Assembly: GCF_036365525.1 (NCBI RefSeq)
Contig: NC_090371.1
Span: 267,874,837-267,938,836 of the forward strand
Origin: Heterodontus francisci
Lineage: Eukaryota
DNA: 64,000 nucleotides
Direction of reading: 5' to 3'
The notes below the pieces were generated by a model. It was not told the origin of the DNA and made no database searches. It saw only the letters and a program-made list of their open reading frames with translations. A program made the translations under genes and the position numbers. Positions 1-13,464 of this stretch are shown here, in pieces; within the stretch, counting starts at the first letter, position 1; each line of letters opens with the position of its first letter.

Positions 1-334
1 AGATGACTGGAATCATGATAAGCATTCATACTAATTGTGGATTAATTCATGTTCACAGGACTATTGATTGTATGGATGCATCTAGATAACCTCCTTTTCA
101 GGCAAGTGCAGGGACTTTTACTTGGGGTGGATGAAGAGATTTTTTTTCCTCAACATAATTTCAGCAGTAAAGTAGCCATTCCCCTTAACAATCACACTGG
201 TAGTGAAAAAGCTCAATTTAGGATCAAAAAATAAAAACTTGTTAAGCCTTAGTTTTTTTTAAAGCATATAAATCTTGTTCATTAAAATATACTAGACATC
301 TTTTGTATAATTGGGTACCAGTTTGTGTTTGTGT

Positions 335-651
335 GTCCCTTAGCGGAGGGATCAATAACCAGGGAGCATAGATTTAAAGGTAAGGGGCAGGAGATTTAGA
401 GGGGATTTGAGGAAAAAAAATTTCACCCAGGGGCTGTTTGGAATCTGGAACACACTGCCTGAAGGGATGGTAGAGGCAGGAACCCTCACAACATTAAAGA
501 ATTATTTAGATGAGCACTTGAAACGCCATAGCATACAAGGCTATGGGCCAAGTGCTGGAAAATGGGATTAGAAATAGATAGGTGCTTGATGGCTGGCACA
601 GGCACGATGGGCTGAAGGGCCTGTTTCTGTGCTGTATAACTCTATGACTCT
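335..651 (+). mobile_element. CR1-type LINE 3' end
   Basis: Encodes a TRGHRFKVRG-like C-terminal motif (ataaccagggagcatagatttaaagg) and ends in the CR1 tail 'tataactctatgactct'. Confidence 0.8.
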
Positions 652-3314
652 TTGACTGTGAAATTTGCAAATTTGACAGAAATGGAGAAAAGTAGCTGCT
701 GTTGATGCATGGATATGATAGAAATAATAAAGCTGAACTGATCAGCAATATTGTTTTTATTTGGTATGGCACCAACCATTACAAAATCAAAAAATTATAA
801 ATGAGGAAGGCCATTTAGCCCACTTTTGTTCCACCATCTTGAAAAATTCTACAGTCCCTACCCTCTTCCCACCATTGTAGCATCTAATTGGTTCTTCATT
901 GCCTCCAGGGATACTATCTGGTGTTTTGTTATATAAATTGAATTTTATGTTTATACAAGTGCAAAAATAAAAAATTGTTTTAAATTGAAAACCATAGCAC
1001 CATGTGGGTTTAGGGAGCAGAATGTTCTCTTGTCTGTATTGGCTCTTTGTGATAGCAATGTAGACCTAATGCCACTATAGCCCTATAACTGTACACTACA
1101 ACACACACACACACGCCAAACAACAGGAATTTGCCCAAAGGGTCTGTCTTGTCCTAAGGGAGGCAAAAGGTTCAACAGGCAAGTGGCTCATTTATTTCTA
1201 TACATCTCCCCACCCCAGGAAGACGGGAGGCACTCGGAGTCTTCTGCAGCTGCTCTCAAGTAACATCCGGAGGCTTAGAACACAGCCACATGTATGAGAA
1301 AACAGTGAGACCCATTGTTTATGTAAACAGCCCGGCAAAGGGTTGCCCTGGAGCATGCAAATATCCAGAGAAAGAAAAACTGGGACACCTATCTTCCCAA
1401 AGAAACAGTGCACTTCAGCTGAGATGCACCCATCAGGTGCACATGGTGGGAAAGACTGAGTTGGAGAGTCAATCTATTGCAGTTGCTTGAGTTAAGAAAA
1501 TAAAGGATGCAAAGTGAACTTGAAAGTGCCAAATGATAAATGTTAGAACATTTGCAGATAAGAGACACTGCGTGCAAAATTAGTTAAGAATTTCTTTTTT
1601 AATAAATTATTTACTTTACACCAAAATAATTAAATTCTGCTCATAAATAACTACTGAACATAAAGAGTTTATGTAAATAAGTAACAAAAAATAAATCAAC
1701 AATACCTTGTTTAAAACTTTGCTAAATGTATGTCGTTCATTGTCACTAAGATTTATTGGAGTAAATTGGATATAAAACTGCAAACAGTAAGGAATTACTT
1801 CTTTGCTACTGCATTTTTTAAAATGAAAAATGCAGAATGCATATAATGGTGTCACATTTACTTGCTAGCTGATGACATTTGGACATGGTTCTTAATCGGG
1901 AAACATATCGAAATGAAAATTGTAAAGGTCATGACAATGCAGACATATCATTAAGGATTAAAAATATTACAATAAAAGTGGTACAGTAAAGGTCACAGAT
2001 GACAGCACATTTCCTGGATATGATTAAAGACTTTAGAAATAGTGACTAAGGGTTATGACTTCCTCCATTACTAGGTGCTCTCTACCCCCTCGTACAAATA
2101 CAAGTTCCTGCCCAATTTGTTCAATGAGACATAACATTCTTCTCTTTTAGATATTAATATTGCAATCTCTTAAACTGCACTGTGATGTTGGATATATTGT
2201 TGTAGCAGAGTTATATTTGTCATTGGCAAATCGTTCATTGATACATTTGAACCTTAGTCCTGAACTTTGACTTAAGTCTTTGATTGCAGCAGCAGCAGTA
2301 CAAAAATGCCATTGGCGTACTCAAACATATGTGCCTCCACACTTTTCTATTTGTTAAAATGCAACCATGTTATAAGTAGCTGGCCTATTTGGGTCCCATT
2401 AACAACCAACTCATCAGCTGCTAAAACATAGAGTCCGAACCAGTTGCTGAAGTGAGCATTTAACACTTACTGTCTTTTGCAAGTTTTGTTTCTGTAAATC
2501 CAGAAAAACTGGAGCAAATCAAATTTATGGAATATGTGTTAAATGGAAGTCATGCCACAAATAGAAAAACAAATTAATAATGGAAGAAAACAAGAAACAC
2601 AAAAAAGAGAGAGATCATTTGTATATCTCTGATACAGTGATGCTTTGATGTCCTTTGCACATTTTAAGATCATTTAATTACAACTAACTGTAGGGGAGGT
2701 CTTCAGTTCAGGCCTAAGGTAACAGCGGTGTGCCGATCAGCAAGTGTTCAAGGCCACAGTCAGGATGCCTGAATCATTTTTAGGTTGGAGCCTCATTCTA
2801 AATTTTACAGTGGACACCAAAAGGTCGCTCAGCTGCAAGAAACCATCCAACTTCTGCATGGAGTTGCCAGCAGGTAGGGTGAGGATGGCCCGGCATTGGG
2901 CAAGAAGGTTTTTGTGGGGCAAGACAAAGCTTGAATGCTGTTCCTGGTTTCATAAGAGTCTTTAAAAAAAAGATTATCCTTTTGGAGCTGCCTCCAGCAG
3001 TCCCTTTAAGCACCATTGGGTAAGCCTGGAGAAAGTGGAACAAGTGCGCACTTCACATGCTCCTCCTATTTTTCCAAGAAAATCACAATTGCTTTCCTAC
3101 AAATACCGTTGGATAGTGTTTTGCATATTTTTTTTTAAATGATTCGTTTGCTGTGCCTCAGAAGTTGTTACGAGCTCACAGGACACCAATAAGGTGTTGA
3201 CTTTGTCTTTAATGAAACTGACTGTAATGGCTGCCCCCAGTCAGAGTGCCTAATGGTAGAGGTCACATGACTATGGTAAGCCAGGAGGCACATTGATACA
3301 GTATTGCATTTCTA

Positions 3315-3545
3315 TCCTCTTGCCTAGGAGTCAGACAGTTTTTGCTTCAAGTCCCACTCCTGAAACTTCAGCACAAAGATCTAGTCTGATACTTCAGCGC
3401 AGCACTAAGGGGATGCTGCAGTGTCAGAGGTGCTGTCTTTCTACTGAGATGTTAAACCGATGACTTCTCTGCCCTCTCAAATGATCCCATGGCAACATTT
3501 TGAAGTGGAGCAGGGGTGTTCTCCCTACCATCTTGGCCAATATTT
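3315..3545 (+). mobile_element. Deu-domain (SacSINE/AmnSINE-like) SINE, 5' half, split by an RTE insertion; 3' half at ~7255-7420
   Basis: tRNA-like head (ttcaagtcccactcc) followed by the Deu core (gatgctgcagtgtcagaggtgctgtctttc). It is collinear with the full copy at 22760-23215 and resumes at 7255 (gatatttatccatcaaccaacatcac). Confidence 0.7.
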
Positions 3546-6500
3546 CCATAGGCAGTCCCTCGAGATCAAGGATGACTTGCTTCCACTCTGGTTCTGTGCA
3601 TTTTAAGATGACAAATGAATCCGATGCGCAGTCTGCAGACTCAACCACAAGTGGTGTTTGAAGGATTGAGTAGTTAAGTTGCTTGAGGGGCTGTGCGCTC
3701 CTTCTGCTGCCTGGAGTTGGCCTCTGTGTGCTCCTGAAGTCTCTCGAGGTCCTTGGTGCCTTCCCAAATGCTCAGTATCTATTCAGGATAGTTGTGGGCC
3801 AGGGATCCCCATTAATTAGCATGGAAATTGGATCTCTTCAGGTATGCTTTGAGAACATCCCTAAAGCGCATACTTTGTCATCCTGGGAGTCTCTTGCCAG
3901 AGCAGGGCAATTGTTTCGGGAGCCTGGTGTCAGGCATGCGAATGGCATGACCCATCCAGTGAAGCTGGTTTTGGGTGATTAGCACATCGATGCTGGGAAT
4001 GTTGGCTTGGGAGAGGATGCTGACATTAGACCACCTATTCTGCCAACAAATGTGAAAGGACTTTGCGGAGACAGCATTGGTGCTATTATTCGAAAGCCTT
4101 GAGTGGTCTACTATAGATTGTCCAAGTCTCCGAAGCATATAAGAGTGTAGAAACACTTCTACCTGGTATACCATGACTTTAGTCTTGGGTTTGAGGTCCT
4201 AGTTATTAATACACCTTTCCTCAGTCGGCTGAAGGCTAAGCCGGTGTCTTTGGTGGCATGACGGGTTTCATCGTCCATGTTCGCCTTCGTTGAAAGGAGA
4301 CTCTCAAGGTATGGAAAGCGGTCCACTTTTTCCAGGGTTTCACCATGGATCTTGATTGTCGGGGTGAAGGGGGTGAAGTTGTGCTGCAGGAGCAGGTTGA
4401 AAGAGGATGTTAGTTTTCTGGATGTTTAAAGTAAAGCCCATCCTCTCATGCTTTCGTGAAGGAGTCAACGATGTCTTGGAGCTCAGTCTCCAGGTAAACT
4501 TATACACAACTGTCATCTGCTCACTGAAGCTAGATAACTAACGATGGAGTGCCCTTGGTTTTGCAGTGGAGGTTGAATAATTTCCCGCCCATCTTGTAGG
4601 TTATCTCCACTCCTGTGGGGAGCCGACTGGAGCTGAGGTGTAGAATTGTGGTGAGGAAGATGGGGCAGAGAAAGTTGGTGTGATGACGCAGCCTTGTTTG
4701 ATGTCAGTCTTCACTGAGATAGGGTCTGTTGGTAAGGATCACAGGTCATCATGGAGTAGGAGGAAGGATGGTGACAAATTTCTGAGGGCAGCCAAATTTG
4801 AGCAGGACTCTCCATAACTGATGGAGTCAAAGGCTTTTATGAGGTCAAAAAAGGCCATGTACAGCAGTTAGTGCTGCTCCTTGCATTCATCCTGTATTTT
4901 CCATGCAGTGAAGATCACACCTGTAGTGACTCCCAATGGGTGAAATCCACATTGGTGACTCTGGAAGGAGCTCTTTGACCACTGGGAGGTGGCACTTGAG
5001 GTAGATCCTTGCAATGATCTTCCCTGAGACAGACAACAGGAAGATTCTCCTTTAATTACTACAGTTGGACTTGTCTCCTTTCTTGAAGATGGTCATGATT
5101 ACAGAGTCCGGAGATATCCTGGCATGTGCTCCTCTTCCCAGACAAGGGATACGAGGTTGTGCAATCGCACCAGGAATGCATCTCCAAAACATTTTAGCAT
5201 TTTGACAGGGATTCAGTCTGGTCCAGAGGCCTTGTTGTTTTTCAGCTAATGAATGGCTTTTTCAACTTCATTGCAAGCTGGGGTAGCACCAAAACTGAGC
5301 TTGGTAGTGTAACTGAGCGATAGAGTCGAGGACACTCAGGTCAAAGACTAAATCCCTGTTGAGGAGCTCTTTGAAATGTTCCCTCCAGTGGGCACTGACT
5401 ACCTGTCTGTACTTGATGAGCTCGCCTTCAATCTTGGCTTTCAGCGGGGTAGACCTGAGAGTGTTTGAGCCATGGACAGTTTCAACAGCACTGAAAAACC
5501 CACGCATGTCATGGTTGTCTGTAGGCTGTCAGATCTCTCATGTTCTTTCCACCCACTATTTGTTATTTATGTCATGGGTTTTTTGTTGTACCATTGCCTT
5601 CAGATGCCTATAGGTCTGCTGCTTTTCTCTTGAAGTGTGGTGATATTTCCAGTCTATAAACACTTTGCACATTGTTACGACCAGGTGAAAAAGGTGTCTG
5701 GGGTCTCTTTCAACCTTTACCTGGTCTTATTGTAACAGGATTTAATTTTTAAACACACTGTATTTTGAGCTCCCCCTTGGTGAATCCTTGTTCACCGCTT
5801 TCCAGTTATAAGGCAAAGAAGTGAGCAGAAACAGGCTTTCTTAGGTTTAAAGAAGAAAAGTGAGATTTATTAAAACTTAAGCTCTAATTCGGTTAACGCC
5901 TACGGATACATGCCGCGCACCACGCTAGCATGCATATGCGACACGCACATGCAAATAGAGACAGAAAAGAGCAGAAGAAAAATAGACAGGTTGGAGGCAA
6001 TATCAGAAGAGTTTCTTGTTACTGTGCTTCGAGCTCACTGTAGTCGTTTTGTAGGTAGTTCTTGCTTGTAAGTAATTCTTGCTTTTCGTTGGGGCCTAGT
6101 ATTCTTCTTAAACCTTGTTCACGGTAGGAGACTTTTCCCTCTTGAGGTTCATGTGTCTTCAATGGTTTCCAAAGCTGGTGAGATTGAGATGAGAACAGAC
6201 AGGAGAGAGTCTTTTCAGTCCAGGAGCAAACAGCTTTCTGAATTCAGATTCTCTGTGGCAAGTTCAAATTCAAAAACTCCAACAGCCAGTTAGTCATGTG
6301 ACTAAACTGGTCTGACCACATCGGTTTGTGTATTCAGCCATCTTAGCAATTAACCTGGAATGCTAGTCTCTCCACCTTCAACGTCTGGTAATCAAATGTC
6401 CATTGTGGATTAAATTGGAGCAGGGAGAGGCCTCATTGTCCTTTCCAAGTACAGTCTGTTACTATGCAAATGTCCATTGTGGATTAAATTGGAGCAGGGA

Positions 6501-7254
6501 ATAGCCCTTTTATCCTTTCCAAGTACTGTCTGTTACTATGCAAATGTATTTCCAGTCAAGGGTCTGGTGTTTTTTAAAAAAAAAACAAGTTCTTTCTTTA
6601 CTTCAGTAACAGTTTAAAAATCAATGTTCATGTGGTGGAATTTGTGTGCCTCATTCTTGGTAGATGGGGGCCTGCAATGACAACATGCTCTATTAGCTCC
6701 TGTATCTCTTGGTCATTCTTGTCAACCAGTCTCTGTGTTTCCTGGTTGAGAAACCAAGAACCACTTCGCTGGTGCTGATCATGGTAGACCAGGTACTGTG
6801 GACACATGGTGGCTCCTGTTGGCTGTGAGTTAAGAGGTTGCCTGTGAGACACTGGCTAAAGATTGCTGCCTTTGTGGGATCCTTGAGACCTTCAATGTTA
6901 ATTTTCTTGCAGCAGTGTATCTATTGCCATCTCTGTTTAGGGGACAGGGTGATGGAGATGGTAGACTGAATTAGGCAGAAATCAATCCAACAATTGTTGC
7001 ACCTGTGGACATCCCTGCAATCTCTCACTCGGACAATGAAGTAGTCAAGCAGGTGCCAGTGCTTGAATCGTGGATATTGCCACGAGGTCTTGTGCTTGTC
7101 CCTCTAACAAAACATGGTGTTAGTTATGACGAAATCATGTTCTAAGCATTTCGTTAGGAGAAGGACTCCATTGGAGTTTGCTTTCCCTACTCCTTCCTTG
7201 CCAATCACACCCTTCCAGAGGTTTGTGTCATTCCCAACTCTGGCACTGGTTGCC
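3546..7254 (-). mobile_element. Decayed RTE-clade LINE (endonuclease-RT remnants), interrupted by a solo LTR
   Basis: Minus-strand ORF pieces such as LHWMGHAIRMPDTRLPKQL and HWREHFKELLNR, an RTE 3' end near 3546-3590, and many stops and frameshifts. Confidence 0.85.
5673..6682 (-). mobile_element. Solo LTR (~1.0 kb)
   Basis: TG...CA termini (tgttacgacc...tgaca), 4-bp flanking duplication ACAT, and AATAAA on the minus strand. Homologous to 57251-58143 in the opposite orientation. Confidence 0.8.
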
Positions 7255-8899
7255 GATATTTATCCATCAACCAACATCACTAAAACAGATTATCTGGTCA
7301 TTATCACTTTGCTGTTTCTGGGATCTTGCTGTGTGTAAATCAGCTGCCGTGGTTCCCTATTACAACAGGGTCAATGCTTCTCAAAAGGTCTTCATTGGCA
7401 GTAAAGCACTTGGCTACATTTGGTAGCACCGCAACTCCAGACGGCACACTTCCCGCATATGGGGAGTTGCAGTGCCTGTGACATCAAAGCCAGCATCAAA
7501 GCTGGTGCGGATCTTCAGAGAGTCCTCCCAGGCCAACGCAAAGGAACTCAGAGGACTGAAAGGAGAGGGAACCTCTTGACAGTGTGTCTTCGTTGACATC
7601 ATGGCTGCCAGGAGTTGGACACAGCAAAGCAGGAAGCCCAGATATCAGTCATTCTTTATTGTGTGGATCATTCTGCAGATTCTTGTTTGCATTTGTTGCT
7701 GATAGACCAAAGATAAAGTTGGTATTTGGGGACATCTAGTGAGGCACGACATTAAAATCTTGACAACAAAATCGGTGGGTGAAAGCTGAAAATGGTGGCA
7801 GTGGGGGAGAAGCGGTGACACAGTGGTTAGTGTGGTGGCTTTGACCTGCTTTGAAGGTCAGGCCTCCACTTTAACAGCAGCAATGGAATTCAAATGGTTG
7901 CATTTACTTCAAGAGGTGCTTTACCCCTAGTCCACTCAAGGCAGCGGGCCCACCGGTAGGGAATGTCTCCTGTCTCCTGGTTGGGGGATGGGTGCGTAAA
8001 TGGTTCATAGCTAACAAGGTAACTGGAGCAGCTGAATGGAATCTTGTCATATACAACAGGTTGGAATGCATCATCCCCTGAGGAATAAACAGAAACCCCA
8101 AAATCCCTGAGTTGGAAAGGGGCTAAGGTGGGATTTGCAGCTCTGCAAGGCCAGGAATTTCCAATGCTGCATATTCACGCTGGGATTTTCCTGGTGCAGC
8201 AACCCATTTGAGTTTAGAGGTGGCTGAAGCAGCATGCAACTGAGAGTTAGGACAGGACTTCAGCTGCCCCTGGCAAACTGCACCATTGTTTCGAGGCACG
8301 GGTTGCCAGGAACGATTCATCATGGAAGAAGTACTTTGTTAAAGGGACACTGCTCACTGAGATTAATTGGGAGATGTTTGGCCATATCTACTATACGGAG
8401 AGATCTCTCTACAGTCTGAATTACCAATCGAGAGCATTCTATTTGAAAAGAACTACTGAGCTAGACACTAAGGGCTGCTTAATGGAACCTAGGAACAGGA
8501 TTGGGCTATCGGCACCTCAAATCTGTTCCAACATTCATTTGAATCATGGCTGATCTGTAGCTCAACTCCAATATCTTGGTTCTGTAATCTTGTCCATCAA
8601 AAATTTACCAATCTCAGTTTTGAAATTTTCCAGCATGCAGTGTTTTGGGGAAGAGAGTTCCAGAATTCCATTACCTTTCATGTAAAAAGTAATTCCTGAA
8701 CAGCCTAGTTCTAAATTTCAAGGATATGCTTCCTTGTTCTGGACTCACTTGCTAGAGGAAAAGGTTTTTTCTCTATCTACACTATCATATCCTTTAATTA
8801 TCTTAAACACCTCAATTAGATCACTGTTTACTCTTCAAGGAATGCAACTTCATAATGCAACCCTCCAAGGTCCAGTATAATTATGGTGGATCTGCACTG

Positions 8900-9440
8900 T
8901 CAATGAGAATCCCACCTAACATGATATGCGTGCTGGAGGAGGAAAATTTGGAGATGGAGGAGACTGTATGGTTGATCAGATTATGAGGCAGCACGACAGA
9001 AAAGCCAAATCATCCCGGCGTTACCTATCCAGCAGGATCTACAGTCCCAGGTGTACTTTCCCAGAAGCTCCATTTTAATAAACCGTGCTTCCTTCAGGAA
9101 GCTTTGGAGGAGTTCTGTTTGCTGCCCTAGTTCTGCAACCAAGGTCTTCACCGTGGATAGCTCTCACTAGGGAATAGAGAGTCACTACAGCTTTCAAAAT
9201 TTGTGCCATGGCTGATTCCAGGAAACCATATGGTCATTCGTCCATTCAGCCAATTTGCTGTGCACTCTCTATAAGGAAAGTCAACTATGCCTTCATTTCC
9301 AGGGCAGTTTAATTAAGATGATTTGATAGTATTCCCATGCAGATGACTGAGAGGGTCATCAAAGTTTTCAGGATTGCTGGTTTCTCAGGACAATTGATTG
9401 TGCCCATATTGCACCCTGTGCCCCAAATGTAAAACCTCAC
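8900..9440 (+). mobile_element. PIF/Harbinger (HARBI1-like) transposase remnant
   Basis: Degenerate motifs in the expected order: RRY..RIY.PR (~9017), VTTA..F.A..FQ-like (~9181), and IAGF..G.IDC.HI (ggattgctggtttctcaggacaattgattgtgcccatatt, ~9371-9410). Confidence 0.6.
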
Positions 9441-9479
9441 AGTTATACAAAGGGAAGGAAATCTGCCATCCTTATCTGG

Positions 9480-12060
9480 TCTGGCCTCCATGTGACTCCC
9501 GACCCACAGCAATGTGGTTGACTTTTAAAATGCTATCTGAAATGGCCTAGCAAGCCACTCAATTGTATCAAACCACTACAAAGTCTAAGAAAAGGAATGA
9601 AACTGGACGGACCACCTGGCATTGACCTAGGTGCCGGAAACAATAGCAAACCTAGCCCTGTCAACCCTGCAACGTCCTCCTTACTAACATCTGGCAGCTT
9701 GTGCCAAACTTGGGAGAGCTGTCCCACAGATTAGTCAAGCAACAGCCTGACATAGTCATACTCACAGAATCACATCTTACAGACAATGTCCCAGTCACCA
9801 TCATCCTCCCCGGGTATGTCCTGTCCCACCGGCAGGACAGATCCACCAGAGGTGGCGGCACAATGATATACAGCTGGGAGGGAGTTGCCTTCCGGACCTC
9901 ATGAAGTCTCAAGGCAGCAGGTCAAACATGGGCAAGGAAACCTCCTGCTGATTACCATCTACCGCCACCACTACACCACCCTCCCCCACAGCTGATGAAT
10001 TGGTGCTTCTCCATGTGGAACACCAATTGGAAGAAGCACTGAAGGTAGCAAGGGCACAGAATGTACTCTGGGTGGGGGACTTCAATGTCCATCACCAAGA
10101 GTGGCTCAGTGGCACCACTACTAACTGAGGCAGAGTCCTAAAGGACATAGCTACTAGACTCTGTCTGCTGCAAGTGCTGAAGGAACCAATAAAAGGGAAA
10201 AACCTACTTGACCTCATCCTCACCAATGCACCTGTCGCAGATGCAACTATCCCTGACAGTATTGGTAGGAGTGACGACTGCACAGTCCATGTGGAGACGA
10301 AGTCCTGTCTTCACATTGAGGATATCCACCATCGTGTTGTGTGGCACTACCACCATGCTAACTGGGATAGATTTTGAACAGATCTAGCAACTCAAAACTG
10401 GGCATCCATGAGGCGCTGTGGGCCAGCAGCAGAATTGTACTCAACCACAATCTGTAACCTCATGGCCCGGCATATCCCCACTCTGCCATTACCATCAAGC
10501 CAGGAGACCAACCCTGGTTCAATGAAGAGTGTAGGAGGGCATGCCAGAAGCTGCATCAGGCATACCTAAAAATGAGGTGTCGGCCTGCTGAAGCTACAAC
10601 TCAGGACTACTTGCGTGCCAAACAACGGAAGTAGCATGTGATAGGGCTAAGCAATTCCACAAGCAACAGATCAGATCTGAGCTCAGCAATCCTGCCACAT
10701 TCAGTCATGAATAGTGGTGGACAATTAAACAACTAACAGGAGGAGCAGGCTCCACAAACATTCCCATCGATGAGGGAACCTAGCACGTCAATGCAAAAGA
10801 CAAGGCTGAAACATTTGCATCCATCTTCAGCTAGAAGTGCCAAGTGAATGATCCATTTTCGTCTCCTTCTGAAGTCCCCAGCATCACAGATGCCAATCTT
10901 CAGCCAATCCGATTCACTCCATGTGATATCAAGAAACAGCTGAAGGCACTGGATATTGCAAAGGCTACGGGCCCTGACAAGATTCTGGCAATACTTCTGT
11001 AGACTTGTGCTCCAGAACTATCCGCGCCCCTAGCCAAGCTGTTCCAGTACAGCTACAACACTGGCATCTACCCAGCAATGTGGAAAATTGCCCAGGTGTG
11101 TCCTGTACACAAAAAGCAGGACAAATCCAACCAGCCAATTATCGCCCAATCAGTCTACTCTTGATCATCAGCAAAGTGATGGAAGTGGTCGTCAACAGCG
11201 CTATCAAGCGGCACTTGCTCAGCAATAACCAGCTCATTGATGCTCAGTTTGGGTTCTGCCAGGGCCACTCAGCTCCTGACCACATTACAGCCTTGGTCCA
11301 AACATGGACAGAAGAGCGGAACTTCAGAGGTGAGGTGAGAGTGACCACTTTTGATATCAAGGCAGCATTTAAGCTTGGGCTGATAAGTGGTAAGTAACAT
11401 TTGCACCATGCACGTGCAAGGCAATGACATCTCCAACAAGAGAGAATCTAATCATCTCCCCTTGACATTCAACAGCATTACCTCACTGTTGAATCCCCAA
11501 CTATCAACATCCTGGAGTTACCATTGACCAGAAACTGAACTGGACCAGCCACATAAATGCTCTGTGGCTACAAGAGGTCAGAGGCTGGGATCTCTGCTGT
11601 GAATAACCCACCTCCTGACTCCCCAAAGCTTGTCCACCATCTACAAGGCACAAATCAGGAATGTGATGGAATAGTCTCCACTTATCTGGATGAGTGCAGC
11701 TCCAACAACATTCAAATGCACCCCATTCACAACCTTCAACATTCACACTCTCCACCACTGGTGCACAGTGGCTAAAGATGGACAGCAGCAACTCGATAAG
11801 GCTTCTTTGAGAGCACCTTCCAAAACCAATAAACCTCTACCACCAGAAGAACAAGGGCATCCGGTACATGGGAACACCACAATCTGCAAGTTCCCCTCCA
11901 AGTCACACAAAATCCTGTCTCGGATATTTATCACTGTTCCTTGATTGTTGCTGGGTCAAAATCCTGGAACTCCCTCCCTAACAACACTGTGAAAGTACCG
12001 ACACCACATGGCAACAACGGTTCAAGAAGGGATGGGCAATAAATGCTGGCTTTGCCAACA
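9480..12060 (+). mobile_element. CR1/L2-superfamily LINE (family distinct from the HER1/CR1 copies), decayed ORF2
   Basis: APE motifs (ELSHRLVKQQPDIVILTESHL, WVGDFNVH, NLLDLILTN) and RT motifs (NYRPISLL, QFGF, FDIKAAF), with an internal deletion and the 3' end 'gggcaataaatgctggc'. Confidence 0.85.
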
Positions 12061-12169
12061 GCAATAACAGCAACTTGCACCTATGTAGTGGCTATAACAT
12101 AAGAAAGAGCCTGCATGAGAGAAGGCATTAAGAAAATGTACCAGATGGGTTTAACAGATGCATTATAAA

Positions 12170-13460
12170 ATAAAATGCAACACCGAGCCACATAAGGAGA
12201 TATTCATGTAGATGTCAAAGAATTAGGTTTAAAAGGAGGAGAGAGAGGTAGAGAGATGCCAAAGTTTAGGGAGGGAATTCCAGAGCTTAGGGCCTAGGCA
12301 GCTAAAGACACAGCCACCAATGTTGGAGTGATTAAATCCTGGGTTGCTCAAGAGGCTGGAATTGGAGGAAAGCAGATATCACAGAAGGTTGTAGGGCTGG
12401 AGGAGATTACCGAGATAGGGAGGGTCCAGACCATGGAGGGATTTGAAAACAAGGATAAGAATTTTTAAAATTAGGTGTTGTTTAATCGGGAGTCAATGTA
12501 GGTCAGTGAGCACAGGGATGTTGAATGAACCGTATTTGGCGTGAGTTAGGACTCTGGTAGCAGTATTTTGGATGACCTCAAGTTTTAGGCGTGTAAAATG
12601 TGGGAGGCCAGCCTGAAGTGCATTACAATAGTCAAGTCTGGAGGTAACAAAGGCATGGATGAGGGTTTCAGCAGCAGATGAGCTAAGGCAGACATGGAGA
12701 AGGGTGATGTTGTGGAGCTGGAAATAGACAATCTTAGTGATAGCATGAATATGTGGTTGAAAGCTCATCTCGGGGTCAAATATGACACAGATTGCAAACA
12801 GTCTGTTTCAGCCTCAGACAGCTGCAGGGAGAGGTAAAGCCTGGCTCGGGTATAAAATTAAAACCCGACCCAGGGCTGACCCGACCACAGCCAACCCAAA
12901 CCCGACCCAAGCCCGAGCCCTTTAATTTTTTCCCCTCACATGACCTGACTCGACCCAACACGAATCTCCTTCATCTGTTCCGGCAGCAGGCTATTCCTAC
13001 AGCTGGAATTGTGGGGATTCATGGATAAGCCTGATCCCATGACTTCCCAGAAGCAGTGTCCAGCCCGACCCGACCCAAGCCCGAATGCTGGACTCGGAAT
13101 TTCGACCTGACCCAAACCCAATACATGTAGTCGGATTCGGGTCGAGCAGCCAGGCTTTAGGAAGAGGGATGGAGTCAGTGGCGAGCAAGTGAAATTTGTG
13201 ATGAGTTTTGAGGACAATGGCTTCAAGTCTTCCCAATATTTAATTGGAGGAAATTTCTGCTTATCCAGTACTGGATGGCAGATAAGCAATCTGACAATTT
13301 AGAGACAGTGGAGGTATTGAGAGAGTTGGGGGTGAGGTAAAGCTGGGTATAGTCAGTGTACATGTGGAAATTGACCTGTTTTCAGATGATGTCGCCGAGG
13401 GGCAGCATGTAGATGAGCAATAGGAGAGGGCCCAGAACAGATCCTTGGGGACACCAGAGG
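12170..13460 (-). mobile_element. L2 LINE fragment (continues at ~16055-16265)
   Basis: Typical L2 ORF2 peptides AETLIHAFVTSRLDYCNALL-like (ORF 12493-12768) and LLILLDLSAAF (ORF 15974-16258). Confidence 0.85.
12835..13159. mobile_element. hAT-type MITE inserted in L2
   Basis: 12-bp TIRs taaagcctggct / agccaggcttta, 8-bp flanks gggagagg / ggaagagg (7 of 8 match), and subterminal CCCGA(C) repeats. Confidence 0.75.
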
Positions 13461-13464
13461 TAAT

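Noticed and set aside
8900-9440. Functional HARBI1-like host gene
   Set aside because: Only scattered degenerate motifs with frameshifts and no open frame; a transposase fossil.
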